DNA of 63,197 nt, the filler included, from Bigelowiella natans CCMP2755 (lineage: Eukaryota; Protista; Cercozoa): the NCBI GenBank assembly GCA_000320545.1. It is 10 parts of 10 records of this genome, joined end to end, with 100 filler letters (N's around TTAATTAATTAA, not from the genome) between each part and the next. Parts side by side here need not be neighbours in the genome. Positions count along the whole stretch, not along the records: positions 1 to 29,923 come from ADNK01003129.1; positions 30,024 to 31,955 come from ADNK01000799.1; positions 32,056 to 33,824 come from ADNK01003694.1; positions 33,925 to 36,670 come from ADNK01001043.1; positions 36,771 to 42,172 come from ADNK01001646.1; 5 more parts are not named here. One strand, given 5' to 3'. The translations under genes were made by a program, and so were the position numbers. This document shows, in pieces, positions 26,463 to 39,649 of this stretch (the stretch's first letter is position 1; every line of letters starts with the position of its first letter). The notes beneath the pieces were generated by a model. That model was not told the DNA's origin and searched no databases. It saw nothing but the letters and a program-made list of their open reading frames with translations.

Positions 26463-27620
26463 GATACTCAGCAGCTCCATGGAAATCGTACTCTACATCC
26501 CTAATGCTAACCCCCGCAATTCTCTCCCCTCCAGGTGTATATTGCTCCGAGTCACATTGTTCGCAGGGTGGAGCACCGGGGAAGCAAGGCGCAAGAAAAG
26601 AAAGATCTATGCGGGAAGGAAGATGCCGAAGAAGGGGGAGGGGCAGGCGTTACCATTGCTACCATGAATAGTAACGGCGACATCCCTTCACACCCTCTCT
26701 CCATGAAGCTCCCAGGATTGTATAAAGGGAATGCTAGGGACAGGAAAGAGTCTTCTTCCTCTAGTTCTTCCTCTGATGTGAAACCCCCTCCTCCGTCTGG
26801 CCCTTCAGCGTGTAGGAAAAGAAAGAGACCCTTCTCTTCTTCTTCCTCCTCCCCCTCCTCCCCAGCAGCCGTAGCAGTAGCACGATCGCCATCGTCGGCT
26901 TTGCGGGATCAGCAGAAGAAAGCGCTACCCCCTCCATCCCCCTTGACCTCCTCGACGACCAGGAGGAGGAAAGCGATAGGCAACGATGAGATGGTCAAAG
27001 GGGTAACTACCAAAAACAGTGATATGAAGGATCAGCTATATTGTATGTACGAGAAGTCGAAGAAGCAACTTCATGGCGTTCTTACGAATCTTACGGCGCT
27101 TTCATCGATGGAGAGCGAGGAACTCTCCAAGATCACGAGCCGCAACCCCGACCTGCAGCACACTCTCGAGGACGTATATGCAGCTATCGCTGCGGCTACT
27201 CATGGGATGGACAAAGACGAAATAATGGTAAATGATGATAACGACATCGCCATTCTAAGAGATAGCAGTGCTGCTGCTGCTGCTGCTGCTGCTGCTGCGA
27301 CAGGAGACCCCACGGCGGTGGAAAAAGGTTCGCCCATCGCACGAGCCTCTACGAGTGATGATGGTGTTCATCGACTTGAAGGAAATAGGGTGCTGCTAAC
27401 GGTTGCCACCGAAGCGTGCCGCAACGAGGAGCTTGAGAAGTCCTGCCCTAATCCGAAACTCACTCGAATCCGCCCACCGAAGCAAGCGGAAGACGAGGAT
27501 GTTCGTCTTGGCGCTCTCCGCTCGCTTAAAATCATGGGGACGGAGGAAGAGGAGGTGATGGTGATGAGGATGATGATGATGATGGTGGTCATGGCGGTTG
27601 TGGCGAACTCGATGATGATA

Positions 27621-27653
<33 letters not shown>

Positions 27654-28211
27654 GCTATTATTATTACAGGTCTTTGATAACATTCTTTGGATGGCGGTCA
27701 ACACGTGCGAGGCACAGGTGGGGGGGATCACCTTTGTGGATAAGGACAAGCAGTTCTTCAAGTCGACGGCCGGAAACGACGATATCAAGTAAGAAAATGA
27801 TGCTCTCACGCGCGAGTGAGAGCGCGCTGTGTATGTGTATGTGTTTGGGCGTGTGTGCGCGTGTACTTACGTGTTGGGTTGAAGAATGATGGGTTTTAAG
27901 CTTTTGGTGGTGATATGTGATGGTTCTTTCAGCACAAGGTTTGCGCCTCGAGACCGCGGATTCTCACCGCATTGCATCCAACACCCCAAGAAGATCTTCA
28001 TCATCCGCGACTCCCACAAGGACGAACGATTCGCTGAGAAACCGTTGGAGATTAGGGGAGTGCACGTGCGATTTTACGTAGGGATACCAATCGGTCGGGC
28101 TATTTATTGTGGTGGGAGGAGGGGGGGTACACAGGCCTAAAATTGAAAGTGGCACGCACGCACACGCGAACAAACACAAAAATACCAACACACGCACACA
28201 CACACACACAT

Positions 28212-28258
<47 letters not shown>

Positions 28259-28536
28259 TGTTTCTTATTGTTGATTAATCGGAAGGAATCGGCATTGACG
28301 GTGGGATCCAATATGTGGGCACGCTGACCGTGGGACATCGCAGGCCGAAAGACCTCACAGACGACCAAAAAGCCATGCTACTGCATCTGGCCAGAATGAC
28401 TCAAATCGCCCTCATCTCGAGACGGACGCGCATTGAAACGAAAAAATTCACCTATTTCGAGGATGCAAGCACGGGTGGGGGGGGAGAAAACGACAACACT
28501 AATACAGAGAGTGGTCAGTACAGGCAGCAGTATTGA
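25834..28536 (+). CDS. Protein with a C-terminal GAF sensory domain
   Basis: Spliced: EDEDVRLGALRSLKIMGTEEEE|VFDNILWMAVNTCEAQVGGITFVDKDKQFFKS ... PRDRGFSPHCIQHPKKIFIIRDSHKDERFAEKPLEIRGVHVRFYVGIPI ... VGTLTVGHRRPKDLTDDQKAMLLHLARM. This matches the E..RL.aL...FD...D.RF...RFY.G.P...GTL.v...P GAF subtype. Confidence 0.82.
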
Positions 28537-28843
28537 GGGCAGCAACACTCAAATAACGCCGCATGCAACTGCATTGCGAAAAACATCAATGTGATACGTA
28601 GTGCGCTTATAGCCTTTAAGGCTCTAAGTGCGCAAATGGTCGAGCCATATTCATATAATTGCACTGCCTGCGATGGGCATCGTAGCTTCATAATTTATTT
28701 TGCATCATTATATCATCATGTCTCTGTTATACAGGCTAGGCTCCAGGGTTTTGCGATTAATTGGTTTGCATTGCAGTAGTCATTCTGCTGCTAGCTACAA
28801 ACGTCTGACATTATGATACTGCCTTGACACATCGCATATATAT

Positions 28844-28937
28844 GGTCACACTATAGTTATGGAGACGCGTACATATATTATGTAAATATGGGTCACACTA
28901 TAGTTATGGAGACGCGTACATATATTATGTAAATATG
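28844..28937 (+). repeat. 47-bp tandem duplication
   Basis: GGTCACACTATAGTTATGGAGACGCGTACATATATTATGTAAATATG occurs twice. Confidence 0.9.
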
Positions 28938-29923
28938 ATAATATATACTTGTCGCTGCACAGTCCGATGTTAGATGTTCTGTAAGCGCAAAGCAATGTAG
29001 ACCACCGCGCCATGTAGCATGTAGCATGTACGCAATTGTGCGTGATGCATGCTGCACGCGCCGGCTGCTCGCGCGAGTCCGGCCATCAAGCTAGCAAGTG
29101 TCGCAATAAAGCGGGAAGTTACTCACGAATAACTCTAGAATTGCAAGCAAACCACTGCGATCGAACAACAATACATGCATGATGCACTTAGCAGCTAGCC
29201 GCAGTCTAGTTTTCACCATAATGTTTCGCTTGCGTCGAATTTCGAATTGAAGGAACATTTCTCATATTCTCGCCTTATGAACGACTACACAGATCACGAC
29301 GACGGCGACGGCGACGACGACAATGATGATGATGACGTAACCTTTTCCACTCGGCCATCATCAAACATTAGCACTTTCTCAGGGAGCCGAAGGGCAGCCA
29401 AACCGGTGCCTTGAGAGGTGTAGTTGTTGATGTTGTTGTTGTGGTCGTCGTTAATGTGTTGCATGCAATAACGATACGACGATGAAGCCGACGAACAACG
29501 AGACGAATATAGACGAATATATGGGAAAGGAAGACAAAGAGTGGTTCGTTGTAAATCTATTTTGTTCTCTATCGTGTGTCACCCATTGCCCCCGTTGTCC
29601 AAGCCTTTCCTCGCTCCTCGTATCTACACCACCGAAGAGGTCAGCATGGAAGCAGGGATTCGAAGGGGGGGGGGGGGGATTATTTGATGAAATATACAAC
29701 GCTTTCATATCCCTCCCCACTCGGGGAAATCTGCATCGGGCACGTTACAGCGAGCAATTGCCCTAACCCTGTCCCCCCCCCCCCCCGGTTTTTGATGTAT
29801 GGCCTTCAAGAAGGGACTATTTAACATGGGGGGGGCGAAGGAAAACATGGCTGAGATTTATAAAGACAACCGCTCAGAGTCTAAATCATTACAAACCCTC
29901 CTATATACGCTGTGGGTGTGCAC

Positions 29924-30023
29924 NNNNNNNNNNNNNNNNNNNNNNNNNNNNNNNNNNNNNNNNNNNNTTAATTAATTAANNNNNNNNNNNNNNNNNNNNN
30001 NNNNNNNNNNNNNNNNNNNNNNN
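29924..30023. other. Artificial contig linker
   Basis: 100 bp: N-run, TTAATTAATTAA (stops in all frames), N-run. Confidence 0.97.
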
Positions 30024-30624
30024 AGAACTCCACTCTCGAGGGGGTGGGCGCGCACACACCCCCCCCTAGACCAGACGCTTTTTTTATTCCAGAGGCGCTC
30101 ACTCCCTTTCTTGAGGCCCCCTTTTTCCTCTATTCCATTTTTAAAACCACCCCATAGAGTTTCAAAGGGGTTTGGGGGTTTTGCCCAGGAGGGGGGGCCC
30201 ACCCCCCCCCCCACACACACCAAGGGAGAGAGGGAGAGAGAGAGAGAGAAAGTATCAAGATCCAAGAATATATAACCCCCCCCCCCCCCGACCGGGCCCA
30301 TATTAGATATATATATATATATATATACATATTTAATGTACATAAGGGGGGGGGGGGGGGGGGGGCGGTTCATTCAGGTGGTGAGAGAGAGAGAGCGAGA
30401 GAGAGTGAGAAAAGCTGACAACAAAGAACCGGCGGGCTCGAGCAGTCAGACTCCGATTATTCGCGCCCTCATCCACAGTGATCTCGATCGCTCTCGTCAT
30501 TCATATCTGCATCACCTTCTTCTTCTCCCTCACTACTACTGCCTACTCACTACTGCTACTACCTCAAACCAGCGTGTCATGTCTGAATTGAAGGAGCCTA
30601 CCTGGTACTCCCGTGCCATCTGTG

Positions 30625-30661
<37 letters not shown>

Positions 30662-31174
30662 ATACTATTTGCGCGCGCGCGCGCGTGTGTATGTGTGTGT
30701 TGTTGTCAGATCTCTTCATCAGCCATCCTCCCCCTCCACGGCTAGCGACTATACCCCCCCACCCCACACCCCATTACGCTCTGCCGTGGACGTCAATCAA
30801 CCAATCATCACCTCGTCGACGCGTTGCCTTTCCTGCACCTGCTGGAAGTGGGTGAAGTGGCTGCTAGAGATTAGCCTGAGAAGTGGGGGGGGGGGGGGGG
30901 GGGGGGATGAGGATGGAGATGATGCTGATAATGATAGTGTTGGTGGTGGGAGCTGACACAACAAAGGCACTCTGTACGACACCAAACACCTCACACCAAA
31001 CGCAAAGGATTGCCGACTGATGCTCTCTTATAAGCGACTACTACGACATGCGTGAGAAGGGGGGCCACGGCACATCGTAAAGACACCATCACCCGTGATT
31101 ACATTCTCGGATCAAACCGAATCCGTCTCGTACGCATCACCGCCATCGCCATCATCATCACCACCACCATCGTT

Positions 31175-31207
<33 letters not shown>

Positions 31208-31496
31208 GTCATAATGTATGATCTAGAGAGCGCATTCTGTTCATCTTCGTCTTCTTTTTCTTTCCGTCGCTGCTGCACCTCCGCACGCTGATATAGCCCG
31301 TCCGGTGGGGGTCCAGGAAGAAGAGAAGCTGAACACCATTCGTTCGGAGCGTATTTTCAGCGAGCGGGATGATGGGTTATAGAAGCGATGACGGGAGGAA
31401 GAAGGTATGTGTGCGGGTCGCTTTTGGGGGTTAAGGGGGGGGGAGGGGGGGGGGGGGGGTGAAATGCATAGCGCGCGCGTATACAACACAAACACA

Positions 31497-31527
<31 letters not shown>

Positions 31528-31663
31528 CTCTACCTTTCGAGTCGACGTCTGGGCGTAGATCTTTGCCAGCATGATGTTCTTCGTCTTGACCTAAGTCGCA
31601 GCGGCCGACGGCCACACACGTACGAAGTGGTGGCCATTACATGGTCAGCGGTCATGTATATAT

Positions 31664-31694
<31 letters not shown>

Positions 31695-31778
31695 CTATAC
31701 TCATCCAACAGCGTGCTACGAGTACCCATTTTCCTCCGTGGTTGGCGGGGTTTTGATTACGTGTTACTTCATTCACAC

Positions 31779-31824
<46 letters not shown>

Positions 31825-31955
31825 AACAATATCGGCACCACATGTAATATGTACGCATATATGCTTTCCATGCGCGCCGATATCAAAAGGTGCGCGCCAG
31901 CTGCTGCTGCTGCTGCTGCTATCCGCCGCACCTCGTGCATCTTCTTGGCCTCCTC

Positions 31956-32055
31956 NNNNNNNNNNNNNNNNNNNNNNNNNNNNNNNNNNNNNNNNNNNNT
32001 TAATTAATTAANNNNNNNNNNNNNNNNNNNNNNNNNNNNNNNNNNNNNNNNNNNN
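31956..32055. other. Artificial contig linker
   Basis: Same 100-bp N/TTAATTAATTAA/N spacer. Confidence 0.97.
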
Positions 32056-32058
32056 ATC

Positions 32059-32094
<36 letters not shown>

Positions 32095-32239
32095 TATATC
32101 AATTCTATCCTGCGCGCTGCTGCGTGAGAAGCGATTCCCTCATTCCCCTCCCCCCCCCCCCTTTCTTTCTCTGCGCACACATACTCACACACAAATCACA
32201 ACACAAATCAAGAAGAATCATCACAGCAGCGGCAGCGAC

Positions 32240-32922
32240 CTCCATCTTCTTGCTCGGATCCAAAAGACCAAAATCCTTCCTCACCAGAGCGTCTAAATGC
32301 TGCCAGAAGGGAACAGGAGTAGCAGCAGCAGCAGCAGGGGGAGGAGGAGGAGGAGGAGGAGGAGGACACAATATAAATCAGATTCATACCGCGCGCTTTT
32401 GTAGGCCTGGGATTGGCGGGGAATAGTAGTATTAGCAGCCGCTAGATCGGACGAGCACCATCAACGAGGATGGTGGACTACAGCAGCTGGCTTGTCTCTC
32501 CCATGAAACGAACGGCGACGACGACGATATAAAAGGAAAGAGCAGGCTGCTTATCAATCAACCTCTCCCAAATGGGCCTTCTGCACGCGCATGATCATTG
32601 CCTTTATCTTCGCCACCAGGAGCAAAGGGGCAGGGTCTGTATATCAATAATGGTGGTTTTGTATGAGTGCTTCGTTCGTCATCACTATCGTCGCCTTCAC
32701 GTTCACACAAGCACACACACACACACACGCGCGCGCGCCCTCGTATGTAATTAAACGCGTATTCTCGGATGTATGATGCATATTATTCGCACATCTATGT
32801 ATACGATCTTGCACGCTACCCCGTTGCGGTGCCGATGAGGAGGAGCCAGCACACGAGACGAGAGTGAATCCTTGGCCTTATACACGACGACGACGTACAC
32901 AAACAGACCATCGTATCGATGC

Positions 32923-32965
<43 letters not shown>

Positions 32966-33390
32966 GTGTGTGTATGTGTGTGTGTGCATAAAATCAATAT
33001 TTTTAATTTTATTCTTAGAATTTATACTTTGCTTATTAAAAAATTGTACCGACGATATATTATCACTACTACCACCACCACCACCACCGCCACTACTACT
33101 ACTACTACTTCTACCAGCTTTTGACTTGAGGATTTGCTCCTCTCTGATATGCCTTCTCCTCAGCGTGCAGGCACAGAGGAAGCTGTATTATGTGCAAGAG
33201 CGGGTTAGCAACCGAGGCGCACACATACACACACCCACATAAAGGAGAGGGGGGGGGCGGGAGAGAGAGAGAGAGGGAGAGAGAGAGAGAGAGAGAGAGG
33301 GAGATGCTGTTTCGCACCTATTGACTCCCACCACGAGCAGCGTGGCAAGTTTCTGCAGCACGCCGAAATATCGGTCATTCAAATCGCAGA
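32240..33390 (-). CDS. Internal fragment of a multi-exon hypothetical protein
   Basis: Exon-like blocks: DLNDRYFGVLQKLATLLVVGVNR, FLCACTLRRRHIREEQILKSKA, DPAPLLLVAKIKAMIMRVQKAHLGE, TPVPFWQHLDALVRKDFGLLDPSKKME. Confidence 0.35.
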
Positions 33391-33430
33391 AGCAAACAAC
33401 ATAAACGGTAATTAAGATGCATCGTATATG

Positions 33431-33489
<59 letters not shown>

Positions 33490-33602
33490 ATATATATATA
33501 GTGTGTGTGTTTTGTTTTTGTGATTTTTGTGTGCGAGATATAGGGGTGTGGGGGAGACACGCACCGCGGCGCGCGGGGGGAGAGAGTATGTGTGAGACAG
33601 AG

Positions 33603-33650
<48 letters not shown>

Positions 33651-33824
33651 GCTCTCGCTCTCTCTCTCACGCGTGTGTGTGTGTGTGCGCGCGCGTGTGT
33701 GCACACGCGCTCGCGCATATACATAGATCTCTGTGTGTGTGCGCGCGGGGGAGGGGTGTCTCAGAGGGGCACACCCTCCCGTGAAAACCTCGTATATAAA
33801 AAACTATAGATGGTGGGGGGGGGA

Positions 33825-33924
33825 NNNNNNNNNNNNNNNNNNNNNNNNNNNNNNNNNNNNNNNNNNNNTTAATTAATTAANNNNNNNNNNNNNNNNNNNN
33901 NNNNNNNNNNNNNNNNNNNNNNNN
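33825..33924. other. Artificial contig linker
   Basis: Same 100-bp spacer. Confidence 0.97.
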
Positions 33925-33984
33925 CCTCACGAACTTGATAACCCCTCCCACCACCACCACCACCACCACCAGCACCCACCTCTC

Positions 33985-34284
33985 TCACGGTGAAACGGTG
34001 GAGGTTCTCGAGCAGCAGCTGCAGAGTCCTCTCGACGTCGAGTTCCATCATCTGCTGGACGCAGCCTTTATTTTATGCAATTTGCGCAAACCACCACCAC
34101 CACCACCACCACCACCACCACCACGTCCCAGGGAGACAGAGCAAGAGCGACACAAGACAACGACACGATGAGCCTTAATACGGGGCCATGGCAAAGATCG
34201 ATCATGCGCCGCAGCAAACAATACCACCGAGAAACCTACAACTCACCACGCCTCCCCCTCCTCCATATCCTCGCTCCCACTATT

Positions 34285-34320
<36 letters not shown>

Positions 34321-35150
34321 ACTGCTATTGCTATAAAGAAGAACACTTCAATGACCGCAGCTATATGTAACCCCCCAAAACCAAACGAGCCTACGAGGAA
34401 TGGACCCCCCCCCCCTTACTCTACTGCTGCTGCTGCTACTACTACTACTACTACTAGCACTATTACTACTGCTCTTGCTACTCCTCCTGTTCTCACCTTT
34501 CACATGGCTGAATAGGTCAAGATCCTTGACGTATACGAATACCTCCTCGGACTTTAGCTCTAGATACACCTGAAAGGACGGTACAAGGGCGGGGGGGGGG
34601 AGGGGATGATGACGGTGATGGAGATGATGAAGATGATGACGACGACGATGATGATGATGAAGATGATAATGATGATGAGAAGTAGTACTAGGAGTACCTG
34701 TATGGCTTTCTCAAACTGCTTGTCCACCATGTAGAGCTCTCCCAGGGCTCGCATGAGATCAGGGCTCTGGTCGCCAACCTTTCGTGTGTGCGTGCGTGTG
34801 TGCGTGTGTGTGTGTGTGTTTCCGGTGATGATAATGATGATGATGATGATGATGAGGAGGAGGAGGAGGAGGAGGGAAGACAGAGAAAGGAAGAAAGAAA
34901 ATATTGAGAAAAGAGAGAGAGAGAGAGCCAACGATATTGTCTTGATAATTAATCGGAGTTCTTCTTCCTCTTCTCCTTCTTCTCCTTCTTCTTCGCACTG
35001 TGTACCTTCTGGTTCAGTCGATCGATAACGGCTGATATGGTGTGCTGCATCGTATAAACCCCCACCGGCCAAACGTGTAGATATCTAGGGAGAAAGAAAG
35101 AATAGAGGGGGGGGTTGGTAGTAAGAGAACGATCTTGTGATGGGATAAAT

Positions 35151-35185
<35 letters not shown>

Positions 35186-35779
35186 GCGTTCGATCGGCCG
35201 AGCGTATGCTCCTTTCCCTCCCCCCCCCCACCCCCCCCAACCACCCTCCCCCATACGCACCACCGATTCCTACAACTACCACCGCTACTAGTAGTATTAT
35301 TACTTCAAAAGCCCCTTTGGACTTGTGTAGATAAGATGATTCAGCACAAGATCATATATCTTCTTAGACAACTTCGGATCCTTCACCGGGATATATCTGA
35401 GAGGAGGCGCGGATTGTTGGGAGAACAGGGAGGGGTGTGGGGGGGAGGGGGGGGTGCGGACGTCAAACAAGTTACCCAGTAAGAACGAAGGGAATTGCCT
35501 TTAAATATGATTATAAATCACAATCAATATCATTTTATGCACGTTTTTGCACTGTACAAATTGATGCTGTCGTTGAGAATGAGTACTCGAGAAGGGGAAG
35601 GGGGGGGGGAAGCACGAATGTCATCATCTACGCGCCTTCTCCCCTCTCCTCCTTTTTTTTTTGAATTTGGAAAGTTTGGGTGTTGGCCGTTGTCGTCTGT
35701 CTTACGGTGCAATGGTGGATAAATGCTTTTTCTCAGCGAAGAAGTAGATCCAACTCTCCCACATCCTGTTTACAACAAT

Positions 35780-35854
<75 letters not shown>

Positions 35855-36041
35855 TGAACATGTGTAGGTAGGCTGGATGCTTGTCTTCAAGGAATATAAT
35901 AATCATTGGCCTCTTCTTCCGCGCAAAGCAATAACCGCACACGACGTCGATCGGTATTTATATCAATGACAACATTAATGGAAAAAAACAACAAATAGGT
36001 AATATAACAGATCGTGCAGGAAGAAGGAGAAATGCACGATG

Positions 36042-36081
<40 letters not shown>

Positions 36082-36445
36082 CACGTGACGGTCATTACTT
36101 TTTATTCTTCGCTAGCAGTCTCGGGCAGAATGATGCCGCCTGAGAAAAGAATCGAAACGGAGAATTGACAGTAAAGGCCGTGGGGATTGATTGATTAATT
36201 GATTAATTGATTGATTGATTGATTGATGATGCAAAGATGATAAGAGCAGCATCTTCCCCTCCCCCCTCCCCCCCCTCCGCTCTCTCTTTACACAAACACA
36301 CACACACACACACACACACTTCAGTCATTCCCACCTTTGGGTACTCGCCCACATCAACAAGATGGTTAAGGTAGTTTTCGCGTATCTCGAATATCTTGTG
36401 GCTTTTCAAGCGCCGCTGGTACTTCTCCGCGGCCTCGAGGGCCTA
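33985..36445 (-). CDS. VPS41: Vacuolar protein sorting 41 (HOPS subunit), internal fragment
   Basis: Exons in order: ALEAAEKYQRRLKSHKIFEIRENYLNHLVDVGEYPK|AASFCPRLL ... DVGELDLLLR|YIPVKDPKLSKKIYDLVLNHLI ... VWPVGVYTMQHTISAVIDRL ... LMRALGELYMVDKQFEKAIQ|VYLELKSEEVFVYVKDLDLFSHVK ... QMMELDVERTLQLLLEN. This resembles the Vps41 helical region (YlnHLv..geY..AA, iP...p.L, WP..lY, L..aLaeLY). Confidence 0.82.
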
Positions 36446-36670
36446 TGTTCCGAGTGGGGAAGAAGAGATAGAGATAGAGATAGAGATAGAGAGAGAGAGA
36501 GGCGACAACGCGCGGAGGAGGAGCAGCAGCAGCAGGAGCAGCGCGAGAGCGCGGTAATTGCGATGAGTGTGATAAAAATTGAATTCCGGCCAGGGTGTGG
36601 AAGGCATGGAGAGAAGGCACACACACACAGAGAGAGAGAGAGAAAGAGAGAGAGAGGGGGGGGGGGGGGG

Positions 36671-36770
36671 NNNNNNNNNNNNNNNNNNNNNNNNNNNNNN
36701 NNNNNNNNNNNNNNTTAATTAATTAANNNNNNNNNNNNNNNNNNNNNNNNNNNNNNNNNNNNNNNNNNNN
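36671..36770. other. Artificial contig linker
   Basis: Same 100-bp spacer. Confidence 0.97.
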
Positions 36771-37394
36771 GAGAAATAACGTCTCTTCAGCAAAACAACA
36801 TTTTACATCAACCCCATCTTCTTTCAGAGGCGGCAATATATTGTTTTTTTTCCCAGTCTCTCACTAACATCTCCCCCCCTCCTAAAGAAATAAACGCCGA
36901 AGAAACTTGGCCTGACTCGTAGTGATCGGTGTAGGCGTGGCGGCAGCCCTTCGGTTGGAAGAGGGCCGAGAAAAGCGGCATATTGAGCAAATTTGCTAGC
37001 ACCACAAACGCCATGTAGACGTCCTGATTCGTCGATGGGAGAAGGGGTGGGGGGGGGGGGGGGGGGAAGAGGGAGAGGGAAGGTAGCGAGTGACCGAGAT
37101 TCGTTATGACTAGGTTATTGCTATGTTTGTATTTTGTGGCGCCATTGAAGTTCGCCATAGTTTTGCTAGATAGGAAGATTTTTCCAGACAAAGCCGTTTG
37201 AGCTGACGAATGGGGAACTCATTCTCAATGCACCGCCTCCTCCCCCCCCCCCCTCCCCCTCCTCCTACTAAGTATGCTTAGTGGGTATGTTCTTTTCTTG
37301 GCACCTCAATGTAGAGGAGCAAGTGACCGGCGACGAAACTCATACCCTGGATGTACCTAGTTTGGTTTTCACGGTAAAGTTTTGTGTTGTTACA

Positions 37395-37437
<43 letters not shown>

Positions 37438-38157
37438 GTAGATATTTATAAATATTTATATAGACACATGTATATATATTTATTATTAACATGTGCTATT
37501 TGTATATGTGTGCGTTGTGTGTGTTTGTGTGCATTATTATCATCATCATCATTATTATTATCATCATCATCATAAACCATCAAACACACGCGACTCATTA
37601 CCCGACGTCGGGGCGATACTTCGCATATACGCACAGCAGCTCGAGCAGCTGGTCATGCAGCAAGCAGCTGATGGATTTCGGAGAGACGATCATAAAGCCA
37701 CAACAGCGTCAACCGCCACCAGCAGCAGCATAGAAAACAAAACAGAGAATTATGAGGACGAATACACAACGAACATTCATATTCCGGGCTATACCACCCG
37801 ACTTTGCCTATGCCTTTGACTGTGTCTTTGCGTGCGTGTGTGTCTCGGGGGGGGGGGGGGGGGGGGAGAGAGACGGGCGTGCAGGGGGGGAGAGGAATGT
37901 AAGAAAAGCAGTCTGCATGTACTTCCGTAACAACCCCCCCCCCTCCCCCCCCCCCCCCCCTACTCTCTCTCTCTCTCTGTGCCCCCCCCCTGAAAAAACC
38001 ACAGGGGGGGGAAAGGCCCGGTAAAATCCGTTTTGATCAATCCAGGAATCCCTGAAAAAACCACAGCAGCACCAGCAACATTGGCAATGTATGCTACGTG
38101 AGTGTTGCGTTGGCGTGCGCGTTGTTTTGTGTGTGCATCGTACGATTACGTGCAAGC

Positions 38158-38192
<35 letters not shown>

Positions 38193-39556
38193 TGTTGTGT
38201 GTGAGTGTGTTGTGTCTACGAAGATTCCCCGTCCCCTTCCATCCGAGGGGAAAGGGGGGCAGGCAAAACAACACCCTCTCTCCCCTGCCTTATTTTCCCA
38301 GGTCTGTTACATCGAGAGAAGTGCTATGTCACAGAAAAAAATGAGTACCCGGGTCGCTCCGAGCGCAATCAGTCGCCGATGCGCTCGAATCTGTAGACTT
38401 CACCTTTTGAAGATGGGGGGGGGGCGCGGAAGCTGAGGAAGGTCCGTTGCCAGTTGTTTGAGTTGTGTGGGGGTCTGCAGTGATGTTCTTGCTGTCCTTT
38501 TCATCGGCTACATCGCTGCTCGGGGCTACCCCGAACTGAGACTCCTTGGAAGGCACAGCGACGTGCGGCTCCTAGCCCACCGTTTGAGAGGCGGCACCGT
38601 TATCATCATCATCCCCATCACCATAATCATAATCATCACCGTCATCATCAGAAGCAATAGTGCGTGAAAATGGCGAAATCGAAAGAAATACAACGGAATG
38701 AGCCCTGGTCGACCGAGAAGGAAAACACCATTTCGTGCCCCCCCCCCCCCCCCCCCTTTCCCTTTGGCTAGAAAATCAATTACTACTACTATTACAATCA
38801 CTCCCACCTCATTCTCGATCTTGACCCGATCCAAGAGAACATCGTAGAGGCGGGGGGTCACGCGGACCGGATTGCCGATGAGGGCTGACCATGTCTTTGC
38901 ACGGAGGTGGGGAGGAATGCCAGCGCGACGTGCAAGCTTTCTCGCCTATGTTTGGTTTGATGTTAATGCCCTTTATCCTCTCCTCCTCCTCCTCCTTCTT
39001 CTTCTCCTTCTTCTTCTTCTTCTCCTTTTTCTTCTTCTCCTTTTTCTTCTTCTTCTTCTTCTTCTTCTTCTTCATCATCATCATCCTATGTGTTTCCTTC
39101 TCATCTCTAATTCTTCACTCGCCATTCATTATCGGAATCGTTCTCGACGCGCGCGGATGTGTGTGTGTGTGGGGGGGGGGGGGTAGGGGGATGAGTGTGG
39201 GCGAGTGTTAAATGTGCTCCCACCGCGAAAACGGTGCGCGAAGAAATTTGTTCAGAATTTTAAAAAAGTGACAATGCTAGATGTTGTTGTTCTTTTCGAG
39301 AAATCGCGGCGCTTCATGGTGGCGGGGAGAAAAAGAAGGAAAGGCCCGAAAATGGGCGGAAATGTTGCGAGGGCGGGGCAAACGCCAAATTGCTCCATTC
39401 TCAATTCTGCTGAGCCCGTATATACTTCGTAAAACAGCAGCAGCAGCAGCAGCACGCTTTCAGACCTTGTGCAGCCCGTCTTTGGGCGATTTGCTCCAAT
39501 CGGACATCACGGCTTCCCAAGAGGAACTCGTCGCCTTTTCATCATTAGCACGCATA

Positions 39557-39593
<37 letters not shown>

Positions 39594-39598
39594 CGACA

Positions 39599-39649
<51 letters not shown>

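Noticed and set aside
28844-28937. Direct repeats as a CRISPR array
   Set aside because: Only two adjacent copies, no spacers, no cas genes, and a eukaryotic context.
30579-31645. Short exon-like pieces (MSELKEPTWYSRAIC, DLCQHDVLRLDLSRSG)
   Set aside because: Could not assemble a consistent reading frame or identify a family.
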